DNA of 64,000 nucleotides, taken from positions 4,965 through 68,964 of the IMG/VR virus record IMGVR_UViG_3300046507_000113; one strand, written 5' to 3'. The position numbers were made by a program, and so were the translations under genes. The first letter of the stretch is position 1. Each line of letters starts with the position of its first letter. The notes under the pieces were generated by a model. The model was not told the DNA's origin, did no database searches, and saw only the letters and a program-made list of their open reading frames with translations. Origin of the DNA: a virus. Positions 18,148 to 28,025 of this stretch are shown here, piece after piece.

Positions 18148-18421
18148 AGACTTCTTTACAGATTGCTTCAATAGTGTCAGTCCACAAGATGTACAACTCG
18201 GTGTAGTAGTTTGTATTCTAGGAGCTATGTTACTCTTCGCAGTGTTCCTATTGGGCGGTATCATCTATCAGAGCCCCATGGTGGCACTAGCTATCTTTGG
18301 TATAGTGCTTGCTGTCGTCGTCTTCGTGGCTTTGGTGTGGTTCTTTATGGGACTATACGTCAAGCTGACCCGTCCTCCTGTACAGCATTACGAAGATGTT
18401 TGGAACCTTCCTCCGGATTAA
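18131..18421 (+). CDS. Membrane protein
   Basis: Two TM helices; GAGG SD. Confidence 0.65.
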   Translation: MFRKVKDFFTDCFNSVSPQDVQLGVVVCILGAMLLFAVFLLGGIIYQSPMVALAIFGIVLAVVVFVALVWFFMGLYVKLTRPPVQHYEDVWNLPPD

Positions 18422-18571
18422 TTTATTGATCTACTGGACTGACCTTTCGAATACCTTAAGGACTTCTCTAATGGTTTCTCTATTGGGAAGTCCTTTAAAA
18501 GGTTTTATTTTAACTTCTTATTACTTAACTTCTGAACTTAGTATCTAATTGAGTTTCGATGTATGAGTTTA

Positions 18572-18600
18572 ATTATATCATATATTTTTCCATTTGTAAA
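18572..18600 (-). promoter_or_regulatory. Leftward (antisense) sigma70-type promoter
   Basis: On -: TTTACA-17 nt-TATAAT with extended TG, in an AT-rich intergenic gap. Confidence 0.6.
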
Positions 18601-18658
18601 CCCCTAGGGGGTATTTTTCTTTGTCACATCTCAAGATGGAAGTTCGAAAGGAGGGATC

Positions 18659-18967
18659 ATGACAGAAAGAACACTAGAAATTATTAAATCTTGGGAAGAT
18701 GTTCTACCGGGAGACCTTCTTATTTGGTCTGATAGTGATCTTGTGGTGGAATTCTCCAGTGTCGCTCAATACGGTTTCAGCGGTACAGTTCGAGGTGCTA
18801 ATGACCTTGACTATGAAGACGGTATGAATAGTGATACTTGGACCATGGAGACTTATAATCCTAATAAGCTGTACGATACCAATCTTGGATGGCGTAAGAT
18901 CGTTACTGGTCCTCCTGAACGTCCATATGATCCAAGCCAGGAACCTGACGATGAGGATGATGTATGA
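18659..18967 (+). CDS. Small protein with C-terminal tag (copy 2)
   Basis: AAGGAGG SD; VLPGDLLIW; ends RPYDPSQEPDDEDDV. Confidence 0.85.
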   Translation: MTERTLEIIKSWEDVLPGDLLIWSDSDLVVEFSSVAQYGFSGTVRGANDLDYEDGMNSDTWTMETYNPNKLYDTNLGWRKIVTGPPERPYDPSQEPDDEDDV

Positions 18968-19353
18968 ATACCGAATATAGTATTCGTAGTGTAACTGTGA
19001 CTCTCTTTAACCATGAGCATGGTTCTTGTGTAGGAACTCATCTCCCAGGTACTGGTGAGGTAGTCCACTTGGCCAACTCCTATATCACTCATCAACAAAG
19101 AGGTAAGGGATTGGGGTCTCAGTACCATCAGGAACGTCTCAACCATTTGATCGATGACGAGAAGGTGACACTTGTTACTTGTATCATCCGAATGGATAAC
19201 GAGCCACAGGTGAAGATCCTCAAGAAAAATGGATGGAAGTTCCTCCATGAATTCAACAGTATGTACAATGAACCTCTTTGTCTCTGTGTTAGAGATGTGA
19301 GGGTAGTGGAGTACGATCCTAACCAACAGCCTGATGGGGATGAAGACGTATGA
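18964..19353 (+). CDS. GNAT acetyltransferase with C-terminal tag (copy 3)
   Basis: Acetyl-CoA motif QQRGKGLG and DNEPQVKILKKNGW; ends YDPNQQPDGDEDV. Confidence 0.8.
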   Translation: MNTEYSIRSVTVTLFNHEHGSCVGTHLPGTGEVVHLANSYITHQQRGKGLGSQYHQERLNHLIDDEKVTLVTCIIRMDNEPQVKILKKNGWKFLHEFNSMYNEPLCLCVRDVRVVEYDPNQQPDGDEDV

Positions 19354-19577
19354 AAGTCTGGGTGCTTGAAGAAGTTAACGAAGGCTACTGGACTAATTAC
19401 AAGATCTTCCGAGAAGATCATCCCCCATCATCACTGCGTATCATGGAAGTGATCCAACAATGGGGTTATTCTCTAAAATATGCTGGTGGAGTGGCCGATC
19501 ACCTAGAACAACAAAATAAGTGGGATGATACATTTGAGGGTGTTCATATCTCACTTAAGTTGGTGGAGATAGAATGA
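19350..19577 (+). CDS. Hypothetical protein
   Basis: ATGA-coupled. Confidence 0.6.
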   Translation: MKVWVLEEVNEGYWTNYKIFREDHPPSSLRIMEVIQQWGYSLKYAGGVADHLEQQNKWDDTFEGVHISLKLVEIE

Positions 19578-19721
19578 GCATCCATTATTATGACTATGTG
19601 GACCCTGATAGGGTATTGCAGAACACAGCAGAGTTTCTTGCCAGACCTCCACAAAAGAGATCGTTGAAAGTTACCTCCAACAATGGGGGTTTTCCATTTA
19701 AAGTAGTAAGAGAGAAATAAT

Positions 19722-20447
19722 ATGTCAGTTATTACTGCCAATGTCGTGCCCACTACCTGTACTGCTGTCCTCCTTACTGGATGGGCCGAGGTTGAATTTG
19801 AGTTTGGTAAGGGTACAGGAAATAACCGTAAGACTAACGTCAAGAAGGAACTCAAGTTCGTCAAGGATCTCATCGAAGGTAGTTTCTATCGGTCTCACAA
19901 GATGATCCATGCCTTCATTACCAATGAGGAGATCGAGAACTATCGCACTGATAAGCTTCTCACTAAGCTTGGTTTCGAGTTGGTCTTCGAGGGTCCTTGG
20001 ACAGGTAAAACCTTCCCACAAGGTAATGCATCTGACAGGCTCTACTCTAATAGGGATGAACAGAGGCACGAAGAGACAGGTAGCCTCTTCCTTTGGGCAT
20101 GTACCCCTGAGAAGTATCAGGAATCTCTTGAAAACTTCAAGAAGGAACTCGAAGCAGAACTTCTTCAGATTGATCCTCCCAAGAAACCTGATCCTGCTCG
20201 TCTCGCCATGCCTGAGTTGAAGAAGACCGGACTCATTAAGAGCGGCATCATTGCAGAGAATTCCTATGTTGACAACGGTATCCATGCCGTCCTGAAGGTT
20301 ACTCCTGAAGTAGCCTACCGACATATTAAACTCACGTATGGTATTGATATCAAGAAGTGGAAGAATTACGGAGATGGTTGGACTAAGATTACTATCAGAC
20401 AGCTCAAAGAAGCCCACACTGCTTGGAAAGAAGAACCGGTCGTATGA
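19722..20447 (+). CDS. Hypothetical protein
   Basis: 241 aa with phage-like codon usage. Confidence 0.75.
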   Translation: MSVITANVVPTTCTAVLLTGWAEVEFEFGKGTGNNRKTNVKKELKFVKDLIEGSFYRSHKMIHAFITNEEIENYRTDKLLTKLGFELVFEGPWTGKTFPQGNASDRLYSNRDEQRHEETGSLFLWACTPEKYQESLENFKKELEAELLQIDPPKKPDPARLAMPELKKTGLIKSGIIAENSYVDNGIHAVLKVTPEVAYRHIKLTYGIDIKKWKNYGDGWTKITIRQLKEAHTAWKEEPVV

Positions 20448-21285
20448 GGTTGTACCTCTAACTCTAAATGATCCTCAACAGAAGTGGCTCTTCCCCAGGA
20501 ATGTGACTGGTAGGTTCTGCTATAAGGATAATGGTAGATGGAATAATTGGGAGTCCTCTACTTGCCATTCTCCGGTCCGTCAGCTGCTTTCTGGTCTGAC
20601 TGGCTTGGTGAGTACCCTGTGCAAGGTAAACCCTCTCACAAACAAATGGTGGGACTTTCTGGCCATATCTAATCCGGTATATAGGGAACTCTTTGAAGTG
20701 CCCGGTTGGAAGGTGATGGCTGATGCTTCTGGTCAGTATCATATGTTCTCCATGCCAGCAGAAGTGTTCAAGCTTCCTGTCCCTAGGATGCTGCTCTATG
20801 CCTTCTTGATTGATAGTAGAGTACCATTTGATCCTGCTGGTGGTGGTACTGAGAGGGTTAAGACTTGGGATCTTCTTGTTAGTCTTGGTGTTGAACCAAC
20901 CCTTGCCCACCTGATGTCAGTACACTTCAATGTCATGGAAGATAAACTCTACTTGACAGGTATGCAGTGGAACGGTGCCCATCAGGTCCTCAATGACAAT
21001 TGGCATTACGGTACGATGCGGACTGATTTCTCCATGTATCTTCGAGGTGAGTACCGGACTGATGGGGAACCTGACGAGAAACTTCTAACTTCTCAGCTTT
21101 GGTTCTCTAAGAGTGGTAAATCCGATAAACACGTTATACTTGGAAGTAATGATCTTAAGGACCTCACCAAAGAGAAGTCTGTGGGATCGTGGTCAAAAAG
21201 TTACTACATAGATCTTGACAGTGTCCCGGAGGTTGTTGAGATCTACAAGAAGAGAATTGAAGAAAGAAGGAAGTTTATACAATGA
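20338..21285 (+). CDS. Hypothetical protein (start uncertain)
   Basis: Long ORF coupled to the amidotransferase; possibly a distant paralog of 21918..22916. Confidence 0.7.
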   Translation: MVLISRSGRITEMVGLRLLSDSSKKPTLLGKKNRSYEVVPLTLNDPQQKWLFPRNVTGRFCYKDNGRWNNWESSTCHSPVRQLLSGLTGLVSTLCKVNPLTNKWWDFLAISNPVYRELFEVPGWKVMADASGQYHMFSMPAEVFKLPVPRMLLYAFLIDSRVPFDPAGGGTERVKTWDLLVSLGVEPTLAHLMSVHFNVMEDKLYLTGMQWNGAHQVLNDNWHYGTMRTDFSMYLRGEYRTDGEPDEKLLTSQLWFSKSGKSDKHVILGSNDLKDLTKEKSVGSWSKSYYIDLDSVPEVVEIYKKRIEERRKFIQ

Positions 21286-21908
21286 CTAAAGGGTCGGTCT
21301 ACATTGTAGGCAGTGATTTGAGTGTCAGTAATATGTTTCTGAATGAGGGCTTTAAGGTTACTAGCCTGATCGGGACAGCAGATGTTGTTTGCTTCTTGGG
21401 TGGTTTCGATATCAACCCTGAGCTTTACAACCAAGAGCTAGGCCCCAAGATGAGGTGGACTAGTGTTAGTCTGAGTGATGACACTCGTGATCTTGGATCA
21501 TACAGGAAGCTACGTAACGACCAGCTTAAGGTTGGTATTTGCCGTGGTGGTCAGTTCCTGAATGTCATGAGTGGTGGCAGTATGTATCAGCATGTCAATG
21601 GTCATACTAATCAACACAAGATTTATGATACCCTAATCAATCCTGGAGAAGAGGTTGTCGTTACTTCCTCTCATCATCAACAGATGATACCAGGTGCTGG
21701 AGCCGAGGTCCTCGGTTATTCAGAGGGTATTTCAGATGAGTTCTGGGGAGATAAAGGTAAAGTAGTTCCCCCGAAGTTTGAGTCCGAAGTTCTGTTCTAT
21801 GACAGTACCAAGTCTCTTTGTTTTCAACCGCATCCTGAATGGAATCTTCGAGGTACTCACGATTCTTGTTCTGGGTATTTCTTCGACATCATTGATCTAA
21901 TCCGCTGA
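21282..21908 (+). CDS. Class I glutamine amidotransferase / peptidase C26 (gamma-glutamyl hydrolase-like)
   Basis: GGFDINPELY, GICRGGQFLNV, SSHHQ, FQPHPE. Confidence 0.9.
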   Translation: MTKGSVYIVGSDLSVSNMFLNEGFKVTSLIGTADVVCFLGGFDINPELYNQELGPKMRWTSVSLSDDTRDLGSYRKLRNDQLKVGICRGGQFLNVMSGGSMYQHVNGHTNQHKIYDTLINPGEEVVVTSSHHQQMIPGAGAEVLGYSEGISDEFWGDKGKVVPPKFESEVLFYDSTKSLCFQPHPEWNLRGTHDSCSGYFFDIIDLIR

Positions 21909-21917
21909 GGCACTAAA

Positions 21918-22916
21918 ATGGATCACAAGAATATCGCAATTGCAATGGCATCTTCCCTCCAAGCCCGTTCCTATGTTCTGGTTATGGAACACGACCAGAA
22001 ATATGATGGTGGTTATGGGGGGACAAAGGGTGTCTATAACAACAATCCGGATATCTCCTTCCATCCCCGTGAACGTCAGCCCTGTTGGGGTGAACTCCGG
22101 AAGTATGAGAAGACTGCCAAGGGTGAATGCACTCAGCCCTCGAACTCAAAGCCGGGTGACCTCTGGCATCCGTTCCCTGCAGGTAAGCCCATTGCTTTTG
22201 CAGTCGATCTAACAACCTTCCGTGGTAACGTATGGGACGAGAATACTGATGCCATTATGAAGTTCCTTCTGGATGAAACCCGATCTCCTTTCCGTAGAGG
22301 TTTGAGACAGGTATCGTTCATCAAGAATTCAGCAGGTCGTATCTGTGGCTTCTACATGAATAATCTGGCTATTGATGCCACTGTTCTTGTGTTCATGCTC
22401 CGTCAGGTGGCAAGTCTTTTGGCTAACGCAAAGTACTTCGTTGAGTATGTCAATGCTGGTCTTGAAGAGGGATACGCTCTGGCCCTCATATTTGCCAACC
22501 GTTACCTGCCCTTTCGTACCCACGGTATTTATGGCACCACTCATTTCCCACCTTCTATCTCCCGTCTTATCAAGGGTAATCCCCGAGATCTTACCGGCGG
22601 TACGATGGATAACAGAGTGGACTACAACCGAACCCTGATCGATGAACTCTGGAAGTCGAACACCCCTGTTTCTATCTACGACAATGCTCTAAAGATGGGG
22701 CTTCCTAGCAGCATGAAGACAGGTCAGACCGGTGATTATGAGATCAAGGGTTATGTACCTCTCATCAAGGAACTACTTGATCTCATGATGAAGCTGGAAG
22801 GTCCACAGGAAAACGAGAAGTACATCTGGAAGACCACCAGTGGCAACACCAATGCTCCGGAAGTCAAGATCAATGATCTCGGTGAAGTCATTTCAACAGG
22901 AAAGAAAGTAGCATGA
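21918..22916 (+). CDS. Hypothetical protein
   Basis: 332 aa; GAGG SD. Confidence 0.8.
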   Translation: MDHKNIAIAMASSLQARSYVLVMEHDQKYDGGYGGTKGVYNNNPDISFHPRERQPCWGELRKYEKTAKGECTQPSNSKPGDLWHPFPAGKPIAFAVDLTTFRGNVWDENTDAIMKFLLDETRSPFRRGLRQVSFIKNSAGRICGFYMNNLAIDATVLVFMLRQVASLLANAKYFVEYVNAGLEEGYALALIFANRYLPFRTHGIYGTTHFPPSISRLIKGNPRDLTGGTMDNRVDYNRTLIDELWKSNTPVSIYDNALKMGLPSSMKTGQTGDYEIKGYVPLIKELLDLMMKLEGPQENEKYIWKTTSGNTNAPEVKINDLGEVISTGKKVA

Positions 22917-23146
22917 AAGTCAAAGTGTGGACTCTTATTGTAGACAATGGTGACGGATCTTCTTCTGCACATCAGTTCAAGAATGCACAAGAGATCAAGG
23001 ATCATCTGGAAGAAGATGCTGATGAAGATTTCAGTGTCGGTCTGGAAGAAATCACTGATGGGGCTACTATCTTCGATCAGTACGACTATCCTTGTGAAGT
23101 TTCGGTAGGTATCTTTGATACTGATGGTTATGAGGTAGTTGAATAA
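22913..23146 (+). CDS. Small acidic hypothetical protein
   Basis: DNGDGSSS motif; coupled on both sides. Confidence 0.7.
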   Translation: MKVKVWTLIVDNGDGSSSAHQFKNAQEIKDHLEEDADEDFSVGLEEITDGATIFDQYDYPCEVSVGIFDTDGYEVVE

Positions 23147-23985
23147 TGCCTGAGATCCTAATTGGAACTGATCCGGAATTGTTTGTCACTGATGAGCATG
23201 ACCGGTTTATCTCTGCACATGACCTGATCCCAGGTTCGAAAGAGTTTCCCCATCCAGTACCTCGTGGTGCTATTCAGGTGGATGGGGTAGCAGCAGAATT
23301 CAATATCGATCCTGTCTCGAAGGTGGACCAGTTCACCAAGAACATTCGAAGTGTCATGAACTCTATGGAAGAGTATATCAAGGAGAAACATCCTTCGTAT
23401 AACCTTCATATCGCACCCACTGCCCACTTCGAAAGGGCATACTTTGATCTCCTTCCAGAAGAGACAAAGAAACTTGGTTGCACTCCTGACTTCGATTGCT
23501 ATACAGGCGAAGAGAACATGCCTCCGGAGACCACTGAGAGCTTCCGGACAGGTGCGGGCCATATCCATATCGGATGGACCAGAGATGCGTCCCTTGGCGA
23601 CGAGAAGCACTTTAAGAACTGCTGTGATCTGGTGAAGGAACTGGATGCTACTCTGTTCCCTGCTTCTTTGTTATGGGACAATGATAACAAGCGTCGTGAA
23701 CTGTATGGCAAGATGGGTTCTTTTCGTCCCAAGCCGTATGGTCTGGAGTATCGCCCCCTCTCTAATGCATATCTCAAAGAGAAGTCAACTCAAGAGTTCG
23801 TCTTCAATACAAGTATGTATGTAGCTCAGTTGTTCTTTGGTACTGGTACTCGTGTCAAGAATGACAAGCTCGCCCAGAGGTTCGTGGAGGATACACTCCT
23901 TGATCGTGAAATGGGACAGCTCGGGATCAACAAATATCTTGGATACATGGGAGAAAAGTATGGCATCCCAATTCTCCATAGGTGA
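23146..23985 (+). CDS. phiEco32-like COOH-NH2 ligase type 2 (copy 1)
   Basis: IGTDPELF, QVDGVAAEFNIDP, GCTPDF, RTGAGHIHIG, RRELYGKMGSFRPKPYGLEYR. Confidence 0.9.
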   Translation: MPEILIGTDPELFVTDEHDRFISAHDLIPGSKEFPHPVPRGAIQVDGVAAEFNIDPVSKVDQFTKNIRSVMNSMEEYIKEKHPSYNLHIAPTAHFERAYFDLLPEETKKLGCTPDFDCYTGEENMPPETTESFRTGAGHIHIGWTRDASLGDEKHFKNCCDLVKELDATLFPASLLWDNDNKRRELYGKMGSFRPKPYGLEYRPLSNAYLKEKSTQEFVFNTSMYVAQLFFGTGTRVKNDKLAQRFVEDTLLDREMGQLGINKYLGYMGEKYGIPILHR

Positions 23986-24238
23986 TCTTGTTGACTTAAA
24001 GGACGACTCAGAGATCACAATTAGTTATGGCAGTAATAGTGCTGTTAGAAGGACATATGAGAAGTGTGGTCTACTCCCTCCGTATAGAATCACAAGAATT
24101 GAACCATCTAACACTATACCCGGTGTGATGGTAATCTTCATAGAGGGTTGTGATAATGGTCGGCATGACTTAAGATTTAAGTTTGCAGAGAGATATTACG
24201 ATCCTTCACAAGAACCTGATGACGTGGATGACGTTTAA
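23960..24238 (+). CDS. Small protein with C-terminal tag (copy 4)
   Basis: MASQFSIGDLVDL; ends RYYDPSQEPDDVDDV. Confidence 0.8.
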   Translation: MASQFSIGDLVDLKDDSEITISYGSNSAVRRTYEKCGLLPPYRITRIEPSNTIPGVMVIFIEGCDNGRHDLRFKFAERYYDPSQEPDDVDDV

Positions 24239-24253
24239 CAAAAGGAAATAGCC

Positions 24254-25345
24254 ATGTGTGGCTTGTATGGAATAATGGGTCCGGGAATTACTCTCAAGGA
24301 CTTGAAACTCTTCCGCGACCTAGGACTTACTTCCCAACTTCGTGGTACTGATGGTGCTGGTGTATATCAGATCAGGTCATCAACTTCTGGGAAGAAGAAC
24401 TTCTGGAATCTCGAACAACTCTATCGCAATCAGTATGGGTTCACCTCCCTACACAACATGATTGACGACAACAAGAACCATAAAGACTATCGAGAGCTTC
24501 TGCAGAACCAGTCCGTAGACTTGATCATCGGTCACAATCGTGCAGCTACCATTGGTGACGTACGACAGTCGAATTGCCATCCGTTTGTCAAGGACAATAT
24601 CGTCGGTGCTCACAATGGTACACTGTATGAAAAGCAGTACTACCATATCACAAAGACAGACAGTGAACTGATGTTCGAGGATATCGACAAGAATGGTCTT
24701 GTTGAAGTTCTTCGTGACTTCCGTGATCCTAAGTCTGCTTATGCAATCACGATGTATGATCGTAATGATCGTCACATGTACTTTGTTCGCAATGATCTTC
24801 GTACACTGGCATTTGCGTTCAATGAAGATCGTGGTGTAATGTATTGGGCTTCCGAGTTGGGTATGCTCAAGTATATCGTTGGTGAACGTGGTGGTGAGAA
24901 GATCAAGACTTTCTCCTTGAAGCCGGGTCTAGTGGTTCGTCTGTCTCCTAGCGACATTACCCTGAATAACATCAGGAATAACGCTGACAAGATCATCACT
25001 GTTCATGAATGGATCGCTCCGCCCAAAGAGACTATCGTGGTCAAGGTCCCTCCCGAAGAGGATAAGACACTTGCTCTTCCTGCTCCGGTTAAGACTGAGA
25101 AGGTCGATAACTTTGATGTAGCGGGGTCTGCGAAGGGTAACGTAGTTCCATTTCCCAAAACGCCTGCTCTTCGGGCTTTTCATGCTAAGTGTGCTTGCGG
25201 GAAGAAAGACTTGAACCTTCTGACTATCAGCTATGCTCGCCGCAAGAAGACAACTGATATCCGATATAATGAGCATTTGGATTGCTATTATTGTGCAGAG
25301 TGCGATCCATTGCTTCTGGAATCCAAAGATGAGGTAAGACAGTAA
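24254..25345 (+). CDS. Class II (Ntn) glutamine amidotransferase with C-terminal Cys cluster
   Basis: MCGLYG, RGTDGAG, GHNRAAT, HPF, HNGTL, TDSE. Confidence 0.9.
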   Translation: MCGLYGIMGPGITLKDLKLFRDLGLTSQLRGTDGAGVYQIRSSTSGKKNFWNLEQLYRNQYGFTSLHNMIDDNKNHKDYRELLQNQSVDLIIGHNRAATIGDVRQSNCHPFVKDNIVGAHNGTLYEKQYYHITKTDSELMFEDIDKNGLVEVLRDFRDPKSAYAITMYDRNDRHMYFVRNDLRTLAFAFNEDRGVMYWASELGMLKYIVGERGGEKIKTFSLKPGLVVRLSPSDITLNNIRNNADKIITVHEWIAPPKETIVVKVPPEEDKTLALPAPVKTEKVDNFDVAGSAKGNVVPFPKTPALRAFHAKCACGKKDLNLLTISYARRKKTTDIRYNEHLDCYYCAECDPLLLESKDEVRQ

Positions 25346-26061
25346 TGATTACGGTGAAGATTGGTTGTGATCCGGAAGGTTTCCTCTTCGATAAAAAGAA
25401 GGGAGCTTTCGTTTCCGCCCATGATGTTCTTCCGGGAACAAAGCATAAGCCCTTCAAATTGGAGAGGGGTGCAGTACAGGTTGATGGTGTTGCAGTGGAA
25501 TTCAATATTGATCCTGCTGTGACAGAAGAAGAATTTGACAATAACATCTCTGTTGTTCTCCAGCAGATTGATGAGATGGTCTTTGCTGCAAACAAGGACT
25601 TGGAAGTTCGATGGGAACCGGTTGCCACATTCTCGGAAGAGGTCTGGAAGCTTGTCCCTGAACAGAGCAAAGTCCTCGGTTGCGATCCTGACTATAATGT
25701 CAAGGGTGAAGTGAACATCAATCCGACAGAGAAACTGGAAGCAGCAAGTATTCGTACGGCTGCAGGTCATATTCATATTGGGTTTGTTGATAAGCCCAAG
25801 GATAACATCTCTCATGATCATTTCCAAGATTGTCTTTACATTGCAAAGGGATTCTTTGAGAGCAGTTTGCCATCGTTCGTACCAAGGACGAAAGCAGAAG
25901 AAGAGAGAATGAACTATTATGGCCATAACGGATCTTTTAGACCGAAGCCGTATGGGGTGGAGCTACGTGCACCATCGAATTGGTATGTACCGTCTTCGCA
26001 GAATCGCAGGACGATATATACAGAAACTCGGAATAAATTTAGAGAACTCACAGGACTTTAA
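25345..26061 (+). CDS. phiEco32-like COOH-NH2 ligase type 2 (copy 2)
   Basis: IGCDPEGF, QVDGVAVEFNIDP, GCDPDY, RTAAGHIHIG, GSFRPKPYGVELR. Confidence 0.9.
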   Translation: MITVKIGCDPEGFLFDKKKGAFVSAHDVLPGTKHKPFKLERGAVQVDGVAVEFNIDPAVTEEEFDNNISVVLQQIDEMVFAANKDLEVRWEPVATFSEEVWKLVPEQSKVLGCDPDYNVKGEVNINPTEKLEAASIRTAAGHIHIGFVDKPKDNISHDHFQDCLYIAKGFFESSLPSFVPRTKAEEERMNYYGHNGSFRPKPYGVELRAPSNWYVPSSQNRRTIYTETRNKFRELTGL

Positions 26062-26065
26062 AGGT

Positions 26066-26692
26066 ATGAGAAATAAGTATCATGGTGATGATCTACAGGC
26101 TCGTCTGGGTGGTACGATCATTCGACATAAGGGTCATCCCTACATTGCACAAGTCAATAGCGGTTCCGTTATCGATTTGATGGATATCGTTACAGGACAA
26201 CTAATTTGCCGTGTGGACCACGATGATAGAGACCTCGACATTAGCTCACTTACTCTTGGTTATGTCAACGTTGAGGATCCTGGGCACAAGCTGGCTGTAT
26301 ACCTCAAGAGAGAAGCTCTCCGTCAGTTCCGACAGGGTGTTGACATTGGTCGGCTCACTCAGTTTGTTCTTCGACCGGGTGTCCCACAGGTAACTCCGAA
26401 GGTCCTGTATTGTCAGGGTTTCGTTGATTGTGTCACAGGGAAGTATCCCACAGTATCTGAAGCGCTCTCTAAGATTATTAACAAGAGCTTCTTCTCTGTT
26501 GCTGTATCTCGTAATGTGGCACTCAAGAAGGATGGTGACCTAATCAAGGTCTTCGTCAAGGATGATGAGGTAGGCTATATGCAGCCCAATATGCTGAAGA
26601 TTGTAAAGGTCCCCAAGACCGATACTTCTCGGTATGCCATGTTCTTCCTGAACGAGGTCGAAGGTTGGAAGGTTGTTGAAGGTATCAAGTAA
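26066..26692 (+). CDS. Hypothetical protein of the ligase cluster
   Basis: ATG after AAGGT; LGYVN...R...RQG motif. Confidence 0.75.
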   Translation: MRNKYHGDDLQARLGGTIIRHKGHPYIAQVNSGSVIDLMDIVTGQLICRVDHDDRDLDISSLTLGYVNVEDPGHKLAVYLKREALRQFRQGVDIGRLTQFVLRPGVPQVTPKVLYCQGFVDCVTGKYPTVSEALSKIINKSFFSVAVSRNVALKKDGDLIKVFVKDDEVGYMQPNMLKIVKVPKTDTSRYAMFFLNEVEGWKVVEGIK

Positions 26693-27726
26693 TGACAAGT
26701 CAGAATGTTACAAAGATTTTTGATATTCAAAAGAATGTAGGACGTACTCCTTATAAGACACGTCACTCAGGTCGTTTTGGTATCGAGATTGAGACTGAGA
26801 CGGACAACAAGTACAAGTATCCAGTGTTGAAGTTCTGGGAACCAAAAGAAGATCGGAGCCTTCGTGGCTTTGGTGTGGAGTATGTTCTCAAGGCACCATT
26901 GGATAGTGTTGACCTGACTGAACCTCTCAAAGAGTTCAAGTATGTGGATGAACAATATAAGTTCAAGCGGGGTTCGGTCTCCACTAGTGTTCACGTCCAC
27001 ATGAACATGCAAAACGAAACCTACAAGACCGTTGCCAATATCATGACGGTATGGGCACTGATCGAACCGATCCTTGTTCGTTACTCCGGTCCTGATCGTA
27101 TGTCCAATCTGTTTTGTTTTGGTCTGATGGACGTTGAGGGTCTGCTTGATAAGTGGATTGGCGTCTTGAACATGATCAATCGGAATACCTTTGGTAAGGT
27201 AGCGGTCAGTCAGGATCAGGTTAAGTATTCGGCTCTGAATATTGCTACACTAAGTAGCTTGGGTACGCTTGAAGCACGTACTTTCAGAGGTGAGCTTGAT
27301 ACCAATGTCATCCAGAAGTGGGTTGATATTCTCGGGAAGATTGTTTCCTTCTCTAGTGATCCTGACATGGATCCTTCTCTGATCATGAAGATGTACGATG
27401 AACAGGGGATTAATATCCTTGACATTATCTTCGGTGAACTTGCAGAAGAATTGAAGATCAAGGATTACAAGAAGCTCATTAGTTTCGATGAGATCTTCCA
27501 TGCATCCAAGATTGCTTGTGTCTCTAAGGATTGGTCACGTTTCGGTATCCTTAAAGTCAAGCCGATCTATAAGGAAATGATCAGACCTCAGTTGGAAGAA
27601 CTCGCTCAGGTTCTGTTCAAGTCTCCTTATGATCAACTGAAGTATGAGGAGCGTAATATTGTTATCGAGCGCTACCACCAGATTAACGTGAACATGAAGG
27701 TGGTGGATGCAACTGGAGATATTTAA
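26692..27726 (+). CDS. Putative amidoligase
   Basis: FGIEIETE, EDRSLR, EYV, SVHVHMN, KYSALN, GTLEARTFRG. Confidence 0.85.
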   Translation: MTSQNVTKIFDIQKNVGRTPYKTRHSGRFGIEIETETDNKYKYPVLKFWEPKEDRSLRGFGVEYVLKAPLDSVDLTEPLKEFKYVDEQYKFKRGSVSTSVHVHMNMQNETYKTVANIMTVWALIEPILVRYSGPDRMSNLFCFGLMDVEGLLDKWIGVLNMINRNTFGKVAVSQDQVKYSALNIATLSSLGTLEARTFRGELDTNVIQKWVDILGKIVSFSSDPDMDPSLIMKMYDEQGINILDIIFGELAEELKIKDYKKLISFDEIFHASKIACVSKDWSRFGILKVKPIYKEMIRPQLEELAQVLFKSPYDQLKYEERNIVIERYHQINVNMKVVDATGDI

Positions 27727-28010
27727 TGGATATTGGAGACGAAGTAGAATACCATAGAGAAGCACCACCCGGTGTCCTCAACCCGGCAATCTATACTAAC
27801 TTTAATGGCTCATCAGGTATCATTAAGGACATGACAAGGGTCATGGCTACAGTATTTTTTAATAATGGTACTCTGAAAGATCACCATTACCGTGAGGCAC
27901 AACTGACTGGTGGAAGTCTTATTACAGTCAAGAGAGAAAATCTAAGGCTCCTCTGGAAAGAACGGCCTTATAATCCTGAACAAGAACCAGATGATGAAGA
28001 CGATGTATAA
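27726..28010 (+). CDS. Small protein with C-terminal tag (copy 5)
   Basis: MDIGDEVEY; ends RPYNPEQEPDDEDDV. Confidence 0.85.
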   Translation: MDIGDEVEYHREAPPGVLNPAIYTNFNGSSGIIKDMTRVMATVFFNNGTLKDHHYREAQLTGGSLITVKRENLRLLWKERPYNPEQEPDDEDDV

Positions 28011-28025
28011 TCGTAGGAGATTGAA

